Notes under the pieces: generated by a model
Seen by the model: only the letters and a program-made list of their open reading frames with translations
The model's database searches: none
What the model was told of the DNA's origin: nothing
Assembly (NCBI GenBank): GCA_018398765.1
Contig: JAHBMJ010000234.1
Coordinates: 62,001-126,000, forward strand
Reading direction: 5' to 3'
Source of the DNA: Chromera velia
Lineage: Eukaryota
DNA: 64,000 bases
Part shown: piece after piece, positions 49,375 through 63,034 of the stretch
How positions within the stretch are numbered: the stretch's first letter is position 1
How the letters are laid out: every line of letters begins with the position of its first letter
Made by a program: the position numbers and the translations under genes

Positions 49375-52079
49375 ATCCAGCAGCGTGGAACTTCTGGAGG
49401 GGAGGGGTGCGGGGCCTTTTCTTTCTCTTTTGTATCCTATTTCTGTCGTCTGCTCTTTTCCTTCTGTCGTCCCTTTGCAGGTAGGCGTGTATAGGGTTCG
49501 GTTTTGCTCAGGGTGGGGACGACTGGGGTTTGAGTTCGGGTATAAAAGGAGCTAGATAGGCCGGAGGTACTGTATGTCCCTTTTATCCGTTTCTCTCTCT
49601 CGTTAATCTGTTCTCCCAGATAGGCGACTAGATGGAGCAGTGACAAGAAAGAAGGGTAGGAGACAAGGGGTCTCCTGCTGGGTGGGCGTGGGCTCAGCTA
49701 GGCAGGAGAGCAAGAAGAGTTAGGCAGGAAAGCAAGAAAGCCAGAGGAGCGGGTCCTCTTCCGCTGTACCCTTCCGTACACCTCCGCAGCCATGCGTATT
49801 CGGTAGTTGTCCTGTTCTGTCTCGTCCTATTTGTGTTTGTGTGTGTTTATGTGATTTCTGCACTCTGGCATAGTTGACGTATGTGCTCTGTGTCATGGGC
49901 AAAGCATCCAATGCTCGGGCAATGCATGAGGCCAAGCAATAGGCGGGCCCAAATTCATGTAAACCGAGCATTAAATTTTGTTTGGGGCAGTTCGAGTGGA
50001 ACAAACGATCGTAGACTACGGTCAATTACGTGGGGTGTATGGGCGGGTGGATCCGACGTTCATGAGGAGGCATTACCCTGTCTGATCGCATCCGTTGTCC
50101 TGCACTCCATGTTTGGTGCCCGTCTGCATAAGAAATCTATGCGTAGGAAACAGACGGGCTGTTTACGCGACGAAGGTGAGTGCCCGAAGCACTCAAACAG
50201 TCCGATCCCTGTGCGCTTTCCTTCCTCCGTTTTGAGCAGAATGGGCCTGGCCAAAATAGTTAGGCAGCCTGAAAGAATGCTGTCAGCTGGCATGGGGAGC
50301 GTGAAGGATTTTTGTTCGCGTCCATTCATGATCTGGCTGCCTGTTTGTGATCCGTTGCGGTGATGGAGTTGGCGTGCTGCCTGACCGACGCTTTGATCTG
50401 TAATTTCATCTCACTCCCTGCAGGGCTTTGCATCACTCCCGAGTGAATCCACAGGAGATTGAAGATAGAAAAGAGGGAGGGTGCTCATAGGGAGCATCAC
50501 GTCTAGCAGGTAGCAGCCTAGGCAGGAGGAAAGACCGCTGTGCGCACACTGATACTTTTCGTCTCTTTGTCTCCTCTCTATATACACAGCGCTTTAGCAG
50601 GATCGCAAAGGCGTCCTGCATTCATGATGAACTGTCCCGATCGGATGTGTAGCTGCCGTGCAAGAGAGACCTGATCCAAGTGTAGAGGGCATTTTGGGTG
50701 AGAATGAGAGTTCAGGTGTGTTGTGGGCGTTTCTTTCCTCTGTCGGCCTCTCATCCTGCTTGAGGCCTGTCCTCCATATTGGGAGGTCAGGTTAGGGGTG
50801 AGTGTAAGTCCGGGTGTGATCGGTTTTGTAGGTTTGTATTTATGAAATCCTTTCCCCAGAAGGTCAGGGGAGTGCGTGGTGGCTCTCCTGTAATTTTTAA
50901 TTGTTTTCGCAAGGCATGCGTGAAGGGGTAGGGGGTGCCTCGGGGGCACCTTCCTTGAAGTGCAGTTCAGTTTTGTATATCTGTTTTCTCTCCCTCTTTC
51001 TTCTTTGTTTGGATTTCCGCATGGCCCGGGGAAGCTTGTCGCATCATGGGGGCGTGCATGGACGGTGTACGCTAGACGGGTGTGGGCGTCTTCGGGTTTT
51101 TCCCTTATTCAATTCGTTTTCACAGACGGAAAGGAGCTGGGAGGGAGAGGCCTTCCCGACCTGTCTATGGAGGCAGAGACCTATCGCAGTCATGTTTTCC
51201 TTGAGCTGCCGGTTTGCGTTAGGGGTCCTAACCCATTGCCGACCCGAACTAGAGTAGGGTAGGCATGGCATGCAGAACCTTTTCCCGTTCATGTGTGGTG
51301 GTCGGTGGCCATCCACATATACCGTGGATCTGAGTGCGTGAAAGAAGGAAAAGAAGAATCTGGGGAGAAGGTGGTGAGGACTTTGCTTTTGACAGGCCTG
51401 GTCTGGGAGATTAGGTCTCCTTGCCAGGGAGCAGGGCATGCTGAGGCTGTCAAAGGCTTTTGGTTTCCAAAGAACTGCATTTTGGTTGCATGAGGACTGT
51501 TTGTGTTTTGTCTGCCTTTGAAATTCTTTCTTTTATTTCTTTCGAACGTTTAAAGCAGGGTCCATCCGGAGTAGGAAGCATGGCAGGTAGCGCGGGCTCC
51601 TGCATGCTAGATGTCTTCGGTTTTCTGCGTGTGGGGCGGGGCTACATCTGGAGGCAGATGGGCTGTGTGTCCCATGCGTTCGTTAGTATAAGTAGGCATG
51701 GGCTGGGGGCTTGTGTTCTTCTGTGCTATTCCTTTCACTTTTCCTGGTGTGGTTTCGTTTTTATCCCATTCTTCCAGCCAGGTTGGCTGGTATCCATTTC
51801 TCTGTATGCCCTGCACACGCGTGAGCCCGGTGTGCTCTCACTTATTAAAGGATAATAAATAATGTCTGGAGAGGACGGCACGTGAGAGCATGAGAAAAAA
51901 GAATGAGGAGAGAAGAGCTCAACGATACATGAGTAATTCTTTTGTAATTGTACAACAGGAAAAGAGGAAAAGGAAAAATTGGGGAGCCGGATGATTAAAG
52001 AACGGTCTTTTCTCATGCTTCCCGATTCCCCCTCGTCAGAGGGGTATGTGTTGTGCTGCATGCTCTATAGTCTTTTCTT

Positions 52080-52096
52080 GGGGGCTCGGGAGGGGG
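52080..52096 (+). promoter_or_regulatory. Polypurine tract
   Basis: GGGGGCTCGGGAGGGGG lies just before the 3' LTR. Confidence 0.7.
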
Positions 52097-52098
52097 TG

Positions 52099-52391
52099 TG
52101 TGAAAGTAAACGACGTTCCCGTTCCTGGTCGGATTCGCGGAGGGTGAATTCCGGTCCCGGCATTTCCATTCGTCCCTTCGCCCCGAGCCAGAGAAAGGAG
52201 CGACGCGTACGCAGCGGCCCGTCTACATGGGGTGGTGGGGCACTTGCGATAGAGGAGTGCATGTTGTGAGTTCCATGGTATGGCACGCATGCACTTTGGC
52301 GTTAGAAATACACCCGAGGCACTCACCGTGGTGGTGTGTGCTCTGGGGCTTCATATAGGAATCTCAAGAGGGGTGAGACTCTACTTTTCAC
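52099..52391 (+). repeat. 3' LTR (293 bp, with an internal 455-bp deletion relative to the 5' LTR)
   Basis: It aligns to 33247-33508 plus 33964-33994, with 17 substitutions by manual count. Confidence 0.92.
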
Positions 52392-53146
52392 TGTAAGAAG
52401 ACGTTGAAACAATAGAAAAAGAACTATAAAACAGATTTTTTATATCATTTCTAGAAATATAGGCTGCCATACAAATTTTACAAGTTTTATACCGTTTTTT
52501 TAACTATTTAAAACCGTTAAAAATGGCCTTAAAATCAAAAAATTTGTATGATAGCCTATGTTTCTAGAAATGATATAAAAAATCTGTTGGAGAGTTCTTT
52601 TTCTATTGTTACAACGTCTTCTTACACAAAGTTTCAGCTTCTAACTCCTTACCAATTATGAAAACGAGTTTTTTGTGGAAATGCGCCGCTTAGCGCCGCT
52701 TTAGGGGGGCAAAAAGCACCCCACTCACCCCTGGCATGCATTTATTTTTTATTAAATTTTATTTTTTTTATATTTGAATTAATTCGTTCTATTGTTTGAC
52801 ATAAAATTTATTAGAGTTATATTTATAAGTTTAAAGCTGTCAAATTAAAACACACATAAAAGTTTTTTTTTGTACCTCCCTGACACTATACGAGCCACTT
52901 GAAAGCAGAACATTCAAGTTTATCTGTATCAGCGGCACGGCTGATCAAGTTCATCCGTACTTGCAGTGCGGCCGATCAAGTCGTTCTCAAAAGCGACTCA
53001 GAATATTGCCTTTAGCAGCCCCGTGGGCCATGTAAGATGATCAAAGGATGCCATCGATACGTTGTGTTGCAAACCGTCATAACTTGAAGTATATTATCTT
53101 GAGATTAAGTTCAGATCTTCAAATTGAACTCAGATTGAAGACATAT

Positions 53147-53275
53147 ATAGTCCGTACTTGCGGCATAGACTTTCAAAATATAGTCCGCGTATATGGCATA
53201 GATTTTTAAGACATAGTCCACGCCTGCGGCGCAGACTTTCAAGACATAGTCCGCGCCTGCAGCATGGACTTTCAG
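53147..53275. repeat. Four tandem repeats of about 33 bp (ATAGTCCGCGCCTGCGGCATAGACTTTCAAGAC-like)
   Basis: The repeats are directly visible, and each unit has AGTC...GACT stem potential. Confidence 0.8.
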
Positions 53276-55262
53276 GTCTATCCACCAGAGCGAAAAAAAT
53301 TTGAAGTGGCTTATAGTATCTGAGAGATATTTTTTTGTAGCCTAGCTAAAAACACACCGAAGCACATTGACGCAACTCTTTTTTAAATAACTATCCTGGC
53401 AATTAAATAAAGGACTTCAGTCTATATCTCTTTTTTACTGTTCATTTTTATGCACCTCTTTGTCCATCTTTAATAAAATCCCATTCAGACATAACGGCAC
53501 ATCCTTGCATATATTCAATGATTTGTGTCATCAGCTCCTTTATCTTTGGACAGAGCACACTAACTGCATTGCATACACAGGTACGATGTCGCACAACCAA
53601 CAGGTTTGGCTGATCAAAAACATAGCACACCTCGGAGACTGAGTCGGAGTCTACCAGAGGTGTACCACTTGTTTGCTGTTCAGCAAAGACGAGAACAGTG
53701 GTCTTGGTGGCAGCTCCCACAGCTGCATAGTCTCCCAATTCCCACTTGTATCTGAAATAGGAAAAGACATCAAAAAACATCTCTGACCACTTCTTTTAAA
53801 CAGGAAGATGTTTCACTTCGGCAGTCGCTAAAGACGCAAAACATAAAGACTGGAAGATTTGATCACTTCGAGCACCTCTTTATAAAAGGGGAACAGAATC
53901 AGCATCCTTTGTATTGTTGGTTCAGGATGCTGATAAAACAAAGTTTGAAAACATCTTGGGAGTGGCATAAAGAAGAAATCAGGCCGTAGTTGGAGGATGG
54001 ATGGAGGTGTGTCTCTCTGTTCTGCAAATTCTCGAAAAAGCGCCAGACAAATGTTGAGTCGTATAAAGAATTAAAATCAGATATTTTTTAACTTTCATTC
54101 AACTGATATTAAAAAATATGTTAGCGTGTTATAGTATATGTTTTTTTTTTTTGGCTAATTTGGTGCTCAAAAATTAGTAAAAAAATTATTTGAATTTTTG
54201 GTAGGGTTTTCATGGTATCTGGTGCACGGAATCGTTAACCCCCCCCCCCTTAAACACCAAATAAAACAAATATTATTTATGGTCATTTTAAACATATTTT
54301 ATTTATTGGTTTTTTATTTTATTTATCATGCTCCACGCCTAGTATTACAGAGACACACCCGACCTTAGGTAATTGAGGGTTTCATACCTTAGGTGAATGC
54401 CTATGAATGCCTCATTGGGTATTCAAGCAGGCATGCAGCGGTATTTGAAATCTTGGAGCCTAGCACTCTGACTGGGGTGTCAGGGCTTAGGGCCTTGGTT
54501 CTTGTTTAGATCTGTGCACCCCCGCGGCAGGGTTTTTGTGTCACGGAGTTTATCCAAGTCCAGGCTCAGAAACCATCACGCACCGCGAGCTTTTATCCGT
54601 ACATGCAGCATCGTAAAGAGGAAGGGCGGGGGGGGGCTCCCGGAGCCCGCATAGCTGCCCGGGGAGCCTCTCCCTCAAGAAAAGCCCTCAAGGGTATCCT
54701 CCATACAAATGGATACCTTTTTACTGAGCCCGGGCATGTCACTAGAACCTGTGGAAGTGGCATCCTGCATTTGGTATAGTTTGGCATCCTAACTAACGAT
54801 CGCACTGCTGGGGGGGTCGCAGCAATTCAGGCCCCTTACGACGATGGGAGTGAACACTAAGTGACTCAAGACTAGACAAAAGGCTTAGACTTCTCAGATT
54901 TATACCCGAGCTGCTCTCCGAGGATGCACAAACTTTAATTCTCACATGCATTCTAGCCTTCGCGCACAAATGCGCGCGATGACACACCGTTTTTTTCACC
55001 TTTTGCTTATATAATTGTTCGACCTCTTTGCTTCAATCCATTGTAAGCTCGCATTAAATGGCTTCGCCTGGCATCAATCATCAAAGAGCCGCAATTCAGA
55101 GTGCATCTGACACTATTTCCTTATTTGGTACTTGGACGCAAACAGAGGGACTCATACACCAGCCTGCTTAGCGCTCTCCGCATGCATGCGCTTTGTACAC
55201 TTGCACCATACCGATACAGACGTCGGCCTGCTGTTGTCCAGTCAATTGGGTAGTTCCACACA

Positions 55263-57078
55263 ATGAAATTTGGACAGTGTCTCCCTTTCTTTCTCTTGAT
55301 CCTTCTGTTGCCGATCCACCCCCACCAGAGGTCTCTCCTTGTCTGCGTAGACGGGGCCTCAACGTCATGTAGTGCGGACGGGAAGTGCTGGGAGGATAAC
55401 AGTTGCTCCACGTCAACATCAGGATGCCACGACAACTGCTGTCCCTCCGGGGGATCCTACGGGTTCAAATCCTTCACCTCGAACGGTGTCACGACTTCGG
55501 GCACAGGTTGCTGGAGTGGGTCTGCGTTGGTCGATCAGGACTGCTCTCAGATGGTGGAGATCGAACAGGAAGAAGATAAAACGCAAACGACCTGCCCAAC
55601 ATTTGACAGCTACTCTTCCTGTTCGGATGCTGCGAGTGGTACTGGATGTTCGTGCATTGAGTGCAACTCGGAGAACGGAGAAGGGTCATTCAAGTGCACA
55701 TACTCTAGCTCGGGTCTGGAATGTGAGGGGACGATTGAGCAGACACAAGAGTCGACAACACTGCAAACGATTTGTCTTGTTCTGGGCAACACATTTTTGG
55801 GCGTTGTGTTTTGGCTCTCTGGTGTCTGGATTGACTGGCGAAAGAGGGACGCGAAGTTTCAGAACGTTGGGTTCTGCAGTGCTCTGGGGAAGGAGGTGTG
55901 CAGGTTTCTTTGTGGAAGGGGCTGCAGACAGGTCAGGCAGTGCATGCCTTCAGCTTTGCGTTTTGTATCGCCAACATGTTTGCCATGGGATTTTCACCAC
56001 GTAAGGAGATGAACCGATGCATAAACATAACAGGTGACTTTATGAACATAAAAATGTGCGTAGATTGGTCACAGTAATCATTTCTAAGCGGAAATTCACC
56101 AATTCTGCAGGTGAGGAAGTGGGCGTTAAACTTCGCGTTTGAGACTTTTGGAGATGCGACGGGGTTGGACGAATTGATGGAGGACGCGGAAGACGAAGTG
56201 GATTTTGAGGGGTCAAATGAGAATGAAAATGAGAAGGATGAAGAAAAGGGAGAAGAAAGCAATGAGGAGGAGGAAGAAGAGGGGAGAGAGGGAGAAGAGA
56301 AGGAGAGGCTTCCTCTTGAAAGAGAGTTCTGTCCTTCCTTGGTGGCCCAAAGTCCTCTGTTGAATTCTATCGGGTGCTGCTGCGTGTCTGACAGCTCATT
56401 CTTTTTGTGGCAGGCGAGAACCAGGCTCCTCTTCTCTCTTTGTGTGGCGGCATCCCTTGCGGTCACTTTTGGAACCGAGGTCGGTCGGTTGGTCGCTTGG
56501 TCGGTCGGCCTGTCTGATAGAATGCGTATTGACACACGAGCATCCGCACTCTCATCTTTGTCTCTGCCCTTTCTCAAGCGAATGAAAACCAAAAGGGTGG
56601 TACCAGCCTCTAAACATGAATGGAACTCGTAATAATGAGCAAGACACACGAGGTGCTTCTTCTGCAGGTCTGCCAGTCCAGCGAGTCATTGACCAAATGC
56701 TCCACCGGGAATTCTTCCAGTTCCTCTTCTTCCACCAGCTCGACCTGTGGAAATCCATTTGCAAGTCAGTCAGTCAGTCAGTCAGTCAGGCAGGCAGGCA
56801 GGCAGTCAGTGGTGGCTTTTTTTTGTGAGAGCATTTGGGAATTCAATTTGCCTTGGATTCTTCTCCTTGATTTTGTTTTTACGGCAACAATTGCGTTGCG
56901 AGGCCATCTTTCTTCTCCCTTGTTCCTCTTCTTGTATTTTAGAACTTTGTTGGTTCCTTTCTTTGCTTGGTTGTTTGTTTGCCTGTCTGTCTGTCTGCTT
57001 TCTTTCTGTCTTTCTTTCTTCCTTCCTTCCTTCCTTCCTTCCTTCTTTCCTTCCCTTTTCTTTTTTCTTATTTTTTCT

Positions 57079-57125
<47 letters not shown>

Positions 57126-57126
57126 C

Positions 57127-57157
<31 letters not shown>

Positions 57158-57210
57158 GGCTGTCTGTCTTTCTTTCGTCCCTTCCTTCCTTCTTTCTTTC
57201 TTTCTTTCTT

Positions 57211-57245
<35 letters not shown>

Positions 57246-57258
57246 GTCTGTCTGTCTG

Positions 57259-57289
<31 letters not shown>

Positions 57290-58749
57290 GTCTTTCTTTC
57301 TTTCTTTCTGTCTTTCTTTCTGTCTGTCTTTTTTCTTCTTGTTTTCTGCCTTCCTTGGTTCTATCTACTTAACAATTTCTGCCTTTCATCTTTTCGCTGT
57401 TGGTCTTTCCTGGCTAGATACACGTTCCACTGTGTGCATTCTTTCGGACTGAGCCGCTTGCACTTGAGAATGCAGTGATACGCTTCTTTCTTGCTTCATG
57501 CTCTCCTCGTCATTGAGAGAAGGCGCCCCTATACATTGTGTTGCAAGGAGGAAATGTCATGTGCGGCTGGAAGAAGCCGAAATGCAGATCGACTGAAAGA
57601 ACTCAGAAGCTTTGCACGCGCTGAATGCAGGCGGAGGGACCCCCGACACTTCGAGTCTCGGCACTGCCCTCGGGTTCTCTGTCCTGACGGCCGTGCTGTT
57701 GTTCTTTCCCAAACAGGGCGCACGGAGGCTTCAACAAGCAAGAGGCCCTCTCGTGTGTGTGGGAAAGGGAAAGGGCAGAGAGAAACCAGAGGGGGCCAAA
57801 CCGAATTCCGTGGAATTCAAAAAATGGAGAGGCCGCTGCGCTTCTCTGAGGGATGTCCTGATCCTTCTCGGAGGGGGGGCGAGTGTTGCTGCAGCAGTTC
57901 TTTTCGGAACGATTGCGGAAGAGGATATCCCCTTTGTGGTCAGTGAGAGAAAAAAAGTAGACGTCTCCTTTTTGCTCATACACTGGAAAGAATCTGGCGT
58001 CTTTTCATGTTCGTATTTGAGGATGGATTTCTCCTCCTGCTTTGTCTCTGCCCCTCTCTTTCTATTTGCGCGAGCGCGCGCGAGCATGAGTGTGCGTGTG
58101 TGTGTGTGCGTGTGTGTGTACAAGTGTATTTTGGCATACACTGGAAACGGGGATCGAGCTTTCATAGCGAGGACGTGAGTCTTGTGAGTGTTTGTGGGTG
58201 CACTTGGATGTGTCTGTGTGTGATCGAGTGTGCATGCAGATAACGATCGTTGTGGTGGCTGAGGTCTCCTCGACCTGTGCCTCTTTTCTGATTTGGGGCC
58301 TGTACTACTTTATGATGCGCACGTGGCTCAGACGACCAGAGAACAAAAGAAAAGCGCGCAAGCTCCTCAAAAAGATCAGAAAACACGGACCCGACGAGTT
58401 CAAAGAAGCAGCAGGGCAGGCAGAGAATCTCATGAAAATTGCAAGCCACCCCCCAGTAGAAGAACGAGAAGAGGGAGAGGGGAACGCGGGCTTCTATGCA
58501 ACTGTGGAAAAAGAGAAGGAGAAAAAACCTGCAGTCACCTTTCAGATGGATAACACGCACGAGAAGCCGAACGCAAATACAAAAGGAGACGGCGGTCGTG
58601 TGACCTTCTCGGTAGCGGCAGACGACCAGATATGGGACTCCGACAGCTTATGCGGCTCAGAGGCGGTGGAGGGAGTAGGACCGCCGAGCCCTCCGCCGCC
58701 ACGTTTTGAAAGCCATGGGGCGTCGGGCAGGCTGCAGACGAGAGATTAA
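55263..58749 (+). CDS. Uncharacterised membrane protein: signal peptide, Cys/Ser-rich ectodomain, several TM helices and an acidic loop; 5 exons
   Basis: Phase-consistent exons are 55263-56000, 56111-56479, 56668-56764, 57631-57938 and 58240-58749, with GT-AG junctions. The N-terminus is MKFGQCLPFFLLILLLP. Confidence 0.75.
56975..57335. repeat. Intronic compound (CTTT)n/(CTGT)n microsatellite
   Basis: Directly visible. Confidence 0.95.
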
Positions 58750-59804
58750 TTTGTTATGAAAAGCTGCTTATACCCATACATTCCCACCTTTGTTGCGTCC
58801 CTACTGCTCCTCACTCTCTATCCTGGGCTTTTGCGACACGATTGTATTGTTTTCTTCCTGTACAGTTTCGTTACTTTAGGTAGACTTTGAGTCACAATGC
58901 GAGCTCGTGCAGTTTCAAGTCATAGCTATAATTGAAAAGACACATTTAATAATTTTCATATGATTTTTTAGACCGCTAAAATTTTTACAGAGAACGTCAG
59001 AAAATCAAAACCAAAAGTTTTAAGTTTAGAATTGGATGACTAAGAATATTTAAGTAGTAAAGTGTATTGAAATTTTAAATTCTACCTGGCTTTAATTTGC
59101 ATGGATTTTAAAAAATTGAATTGGGTTGAATTATATGCAGGAACAGTATAAATTCTAGAATATACTAAATAAATGGATTGCTTGATCCGAGTTGATCATA
59201 AACTTTCTGTACGTATGTTTATCGTCTAAATGATTTTTATGATGAGCTTTACAATAGATTACATGCATAGATTTGTCGGGAGACCTGACACTGAGGCTGG
59301 CAAGGGTTAAAACATATTTATTAAAACAAAAGTTTTTGTTCAAATTGTCTTTTTTTTTTATCATCATCATCATATACGCCATCATACGCCACAGGCGTCT
59401 AGCGTTCGGTGGCAATGCACGAGGCAGTTTGGGTCTTTATATCAACTAACTTATCAAATAATACCTTGAATGTGTATCATATATGTATCAGTTTGTCAGT
59501 TGGACCTGAATTGGTATATCAATTAAATTAGCAATTAAACTAGCTCCCATCTCTAAACTCTAATTAATTTAAACAATTTTTATTAGTTCACAAAGCTTAA
59601 CTAAAACTAACGAACTTAAATGCTAGCAAAAACGTCAATCATAAAAAAAAAACTTTTCAATCGACTTTACCTCATTGCAACTCCAGTTAAGTTTTGTCAT
59701 AAGTTTTGATTTTAACCAAAATTCTGGAATCTGCTACGGAATGTCCCTATGTTCAGACTTGAATAAACGTATAGGAACATGTGAGTCCATTGACCATATG
59801 ATGT

Positions 59805-59942
59805 ATGTGTGTGTGTGTGTGTATGTATGTGTGAGAGAGAGAGAGAAAGAGAGAAAGAGAGAAAGAGAGAGAGAGGGAGGGAGAGAGGGAGAGGGAAGGA
59901 GAGAGGGAGAAAGGAAGGGAGGGAGGGAGGGAGAGAGGGAGA

Positions 59943-59986
<44 letters not shown>

Positions 59987-60170
59987 CAAAGACAGAGACA
60001 GAGACAGAAACAGAGACAGAGACAGAGACAGAGATAGAGACAGACTCGGAGGCAGAAACAGAGACAGAGATAGAGACAGAAACAGAAACAGAAACACAAA
60101 CAAAGACAGACAGACAGACAGACAAACAACCAGACAGACAAACAGAAAGACACAGAGATAGAGACAGAGA
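59805..60170. repeat. Compound (TG)n/(GA)n/(GAGACA)n simple repeat
   Basis: Directly visible. Confidence 0.95.
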
Positions 60171-62724
60171 GGGGCCGGGAGTCTGAGAGCGAAAATGACT
60201 CAGATTGAAACGGGCAGGTACGCCTTACTGGTTCAATATGCTTCTACAATTTTTGATATCTACCCCCCCTGCCATACGAAGCTTCGCAGACCGGAGCTTG
60301 GGTTAACTCATCTCCTTTTAAATTCTCATATGTCTACCAAGCCTAGCTATCAAACACATGAGGGAGGTCCAGAACTATTCCCCGGAATAAAAGAGTCACA
60401 CAGGCTTTTATGAGAGAAACACCTGAGACCAAAAGGATTCGGAAGGAAAAAAAGAATGAAGGTGAGAAACAGCCACAGAATCAAACATGAAATGTGCAAG
60501 ACAAACCAGCCGCACTGCCAACCTTGTTGACAATGTGCTGTTTTCCTGCTCCCAAGCTACTCCCAAGCTGCAGAAGTAGCATAACAGAACACGGGAAACG
60601 GAAGTGACGAAGACTAACAACAAGAAGCTTTCCGGTTTTCTCCTTAATTCGAACCCCCTTTCACCGTCCCGGATCAATATAGCACAGCAGTCCATGTATT
60701 TAAAATTCGTTTTATTGCACGATCGCAAAGCGCTCGGGTGAAGTCAGGAAGGAAAATGAGAAACTGAAAATGAATGATGCAGATCTTTATACTTTGTGCA
60801 TCACCAAGTCGATGATCAGCCAAGTCAAACGTTCAGTCAGGCAGTCAGTCACCAAGCAATGCACCCACTCACTCAATCGATCATACAGGAGACATGCACT
60901 CTCTCGAGTACCTTTTGTTTTAAATTTGTCTCAATGCATGAGCTCATGAGTGCTTACGTCGATGCTCGACCCGACCTATTCGATGATCAGCTAAGTCACA
61001 TGATCAGTCAGCTCAGACCATGCTTTTCCATTCATATTACACTCAATTTTCCATTCACATAGACCACAATACAAACTAGCTGCATGGCTTTGTCGTCCAG
61101 CGTGAAAGCTGTACATATCTTGCTGTCTGTTCGTTTAATAGATTCCGAAGGAGGCTCAGCCCGACCGAAAAGAACAGTTGCAGCAGAGACAAACAGACAG
61201 ACTTATATCTTGCTACCGACACGAAAGGCATTGCCACTGGCCGGTTCTATATGCATCGTAGCAAAAGACGGCAGTGCTCTGGGATGGGAGTACTCATTGA
61301 TAGGTACTCTATTTTGGGATTCTTGTAGCTGCCCTGTTCTTGCCTGCTGGGCTTTCTATCAATTTGTCAGAAGTCTGTACTCATGGAGGTGCAGCTCTGT
61401 GAGTTGAGTCTCTGAGGATAGTAAGTGATAAATGGGTGGCTGCACAAGTGAATATGCATGCGTGTGATTAAGACTACTGAGATGTTTGGACACGCCTGTC
61501 CACTGACCATAGCTCTTCCTGTTGGGTCTTCATCGTTGTCTGCGGGCTTCTCTTTAGTCCTTGTAGGATTCCTGCTCAAATGGTGCCAGCATGAAGGGGC
61601 GACGACATGAAGATAAAATAGTATACTCTGACTTGTATGTACTTGTATATGACGGAGAGCAAGAGACTCTATTCAAACGAGCAGAAAGATTAAGGAAAAA
61701 CTCTTGACAGAAATTACCTAGAGGAAATTCGATCTTCCACTCTGTTCAGTTGTTAGCACTAACTGATAGGTACTCTATTTTGAGATTGTTGCAGCTGCTT
61801 TGTTCTCAAGAAGGAAAAAAGCCAAGAAGCATCACAGGATCGATCATGGAATGTGCAAGACAAAAGGGCCCGGCCCAGAGTCTCTGAGGATAGCAAGTGG
61901 CCATACAGAAAAAAATCTAGGAAGAAAATAAAAAAAAATAAAAAAAACAGATACAGAGTGAAATGTACGCATAAGCACAGACCCACATGCTTACGTACCG
62001 TGAAGAGCTTCAGAGCTGTGTAGCTTGCACTTGTGAAGGCATGCGTCCGTTCTGTCTTATCCACTTTCCTCATGTCAATCCGAAGAGTGGATAGAAGAGT
62101 GGGCTTGCCATCATCAAAGTTGGTGCGCTTGCTGTTGTGGACATCGCAGAGAAGGTTCTCTGGAAAAGCGCCATCACAGGGAAACTCGTGGTAGTATGGT
62201 ATTCACTGGATGTCATTAAACTTTTTTTTTAATCCTCAGTCTGCATGTGCGGGCGACATGTATATGTAATGAGCGCATATTAATTCAAAGTCAAGAGGAC
62301 AAGTAAACGTAAGTGAGCATTGCCAACCAATTTTTCAATTGGTAAAGACGTGCAATGATAAATTAGAGTGCGGGAATGGATTTGAGGGGCTGCAGGCTAG
62401 GCTGTAGGGCCAGCCTACCCAAAGCCCTGCATGGTAGCTTCTGCTGCATTGTTCACTCACCTTTGCAGCACTTGACAATGTTTAGTTTGGATCGATCTGG
62501 CCCAATGCGTCCATCAGCCGCTTCTTGGCCTTTTCACTAACTCCATCCCTCTCTGCACCTCAGCGCATAAGAAAATCGAATGTAGCGTGGTCTTTACAAA
62601 TAAAAACAGAAACGAAATCCAAAAAGAAGAGAAAAATCAAAAAGAAAAAAATGAATGGCGTCAAGCACACAAAAGATCATACAGACACACTGAGAACTTG
62701 CACGCAAAGTTTAATCTACAGATG

Positions 62725-62851
62725 CACATATACATATACATACACACGCACTCACAGACACAGACACATACAGTATCACACACATACACACACACACACA
62801 TACACACACACACACACACATACACACATACACACACACACATACACATAC

Positions 62852-62908
<57 letters not shown>

Positions 62909-62931
62909 TATACACACACACATATACACAC

Positions 62932-62988
<57 letters not shown>

Positions 62989-62995
62989 CATACAC

Positions 62996-63032
<37 letters not shown>
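62725..63032. repeat. Compound (CA)n/(TA)n/(GA)n simple repeat
   Basis: Directly visible. Confidence 0.95.

Positions 63033-63034
<2 letters not shown>

Noticed and set aside
53147..53275. CRISPR-like 33-bp repeats
   Set aside because: They are head-to-tail tandem units with no unique spacers, i.e. a minisatellite inside a TIR element.
56755..56770. Non-canonical GC-AG donor (GCAAGT)
   Set aside because: A GT donor four bases downstream gives the phase needed to join the next exon.
56620..57478. Long Leu/Ser/Phe-rich ORFs resembling membrane proteins
   Set aside because: They are translations of an intronic (CTTT)n/(CTGT)n microsatellite.
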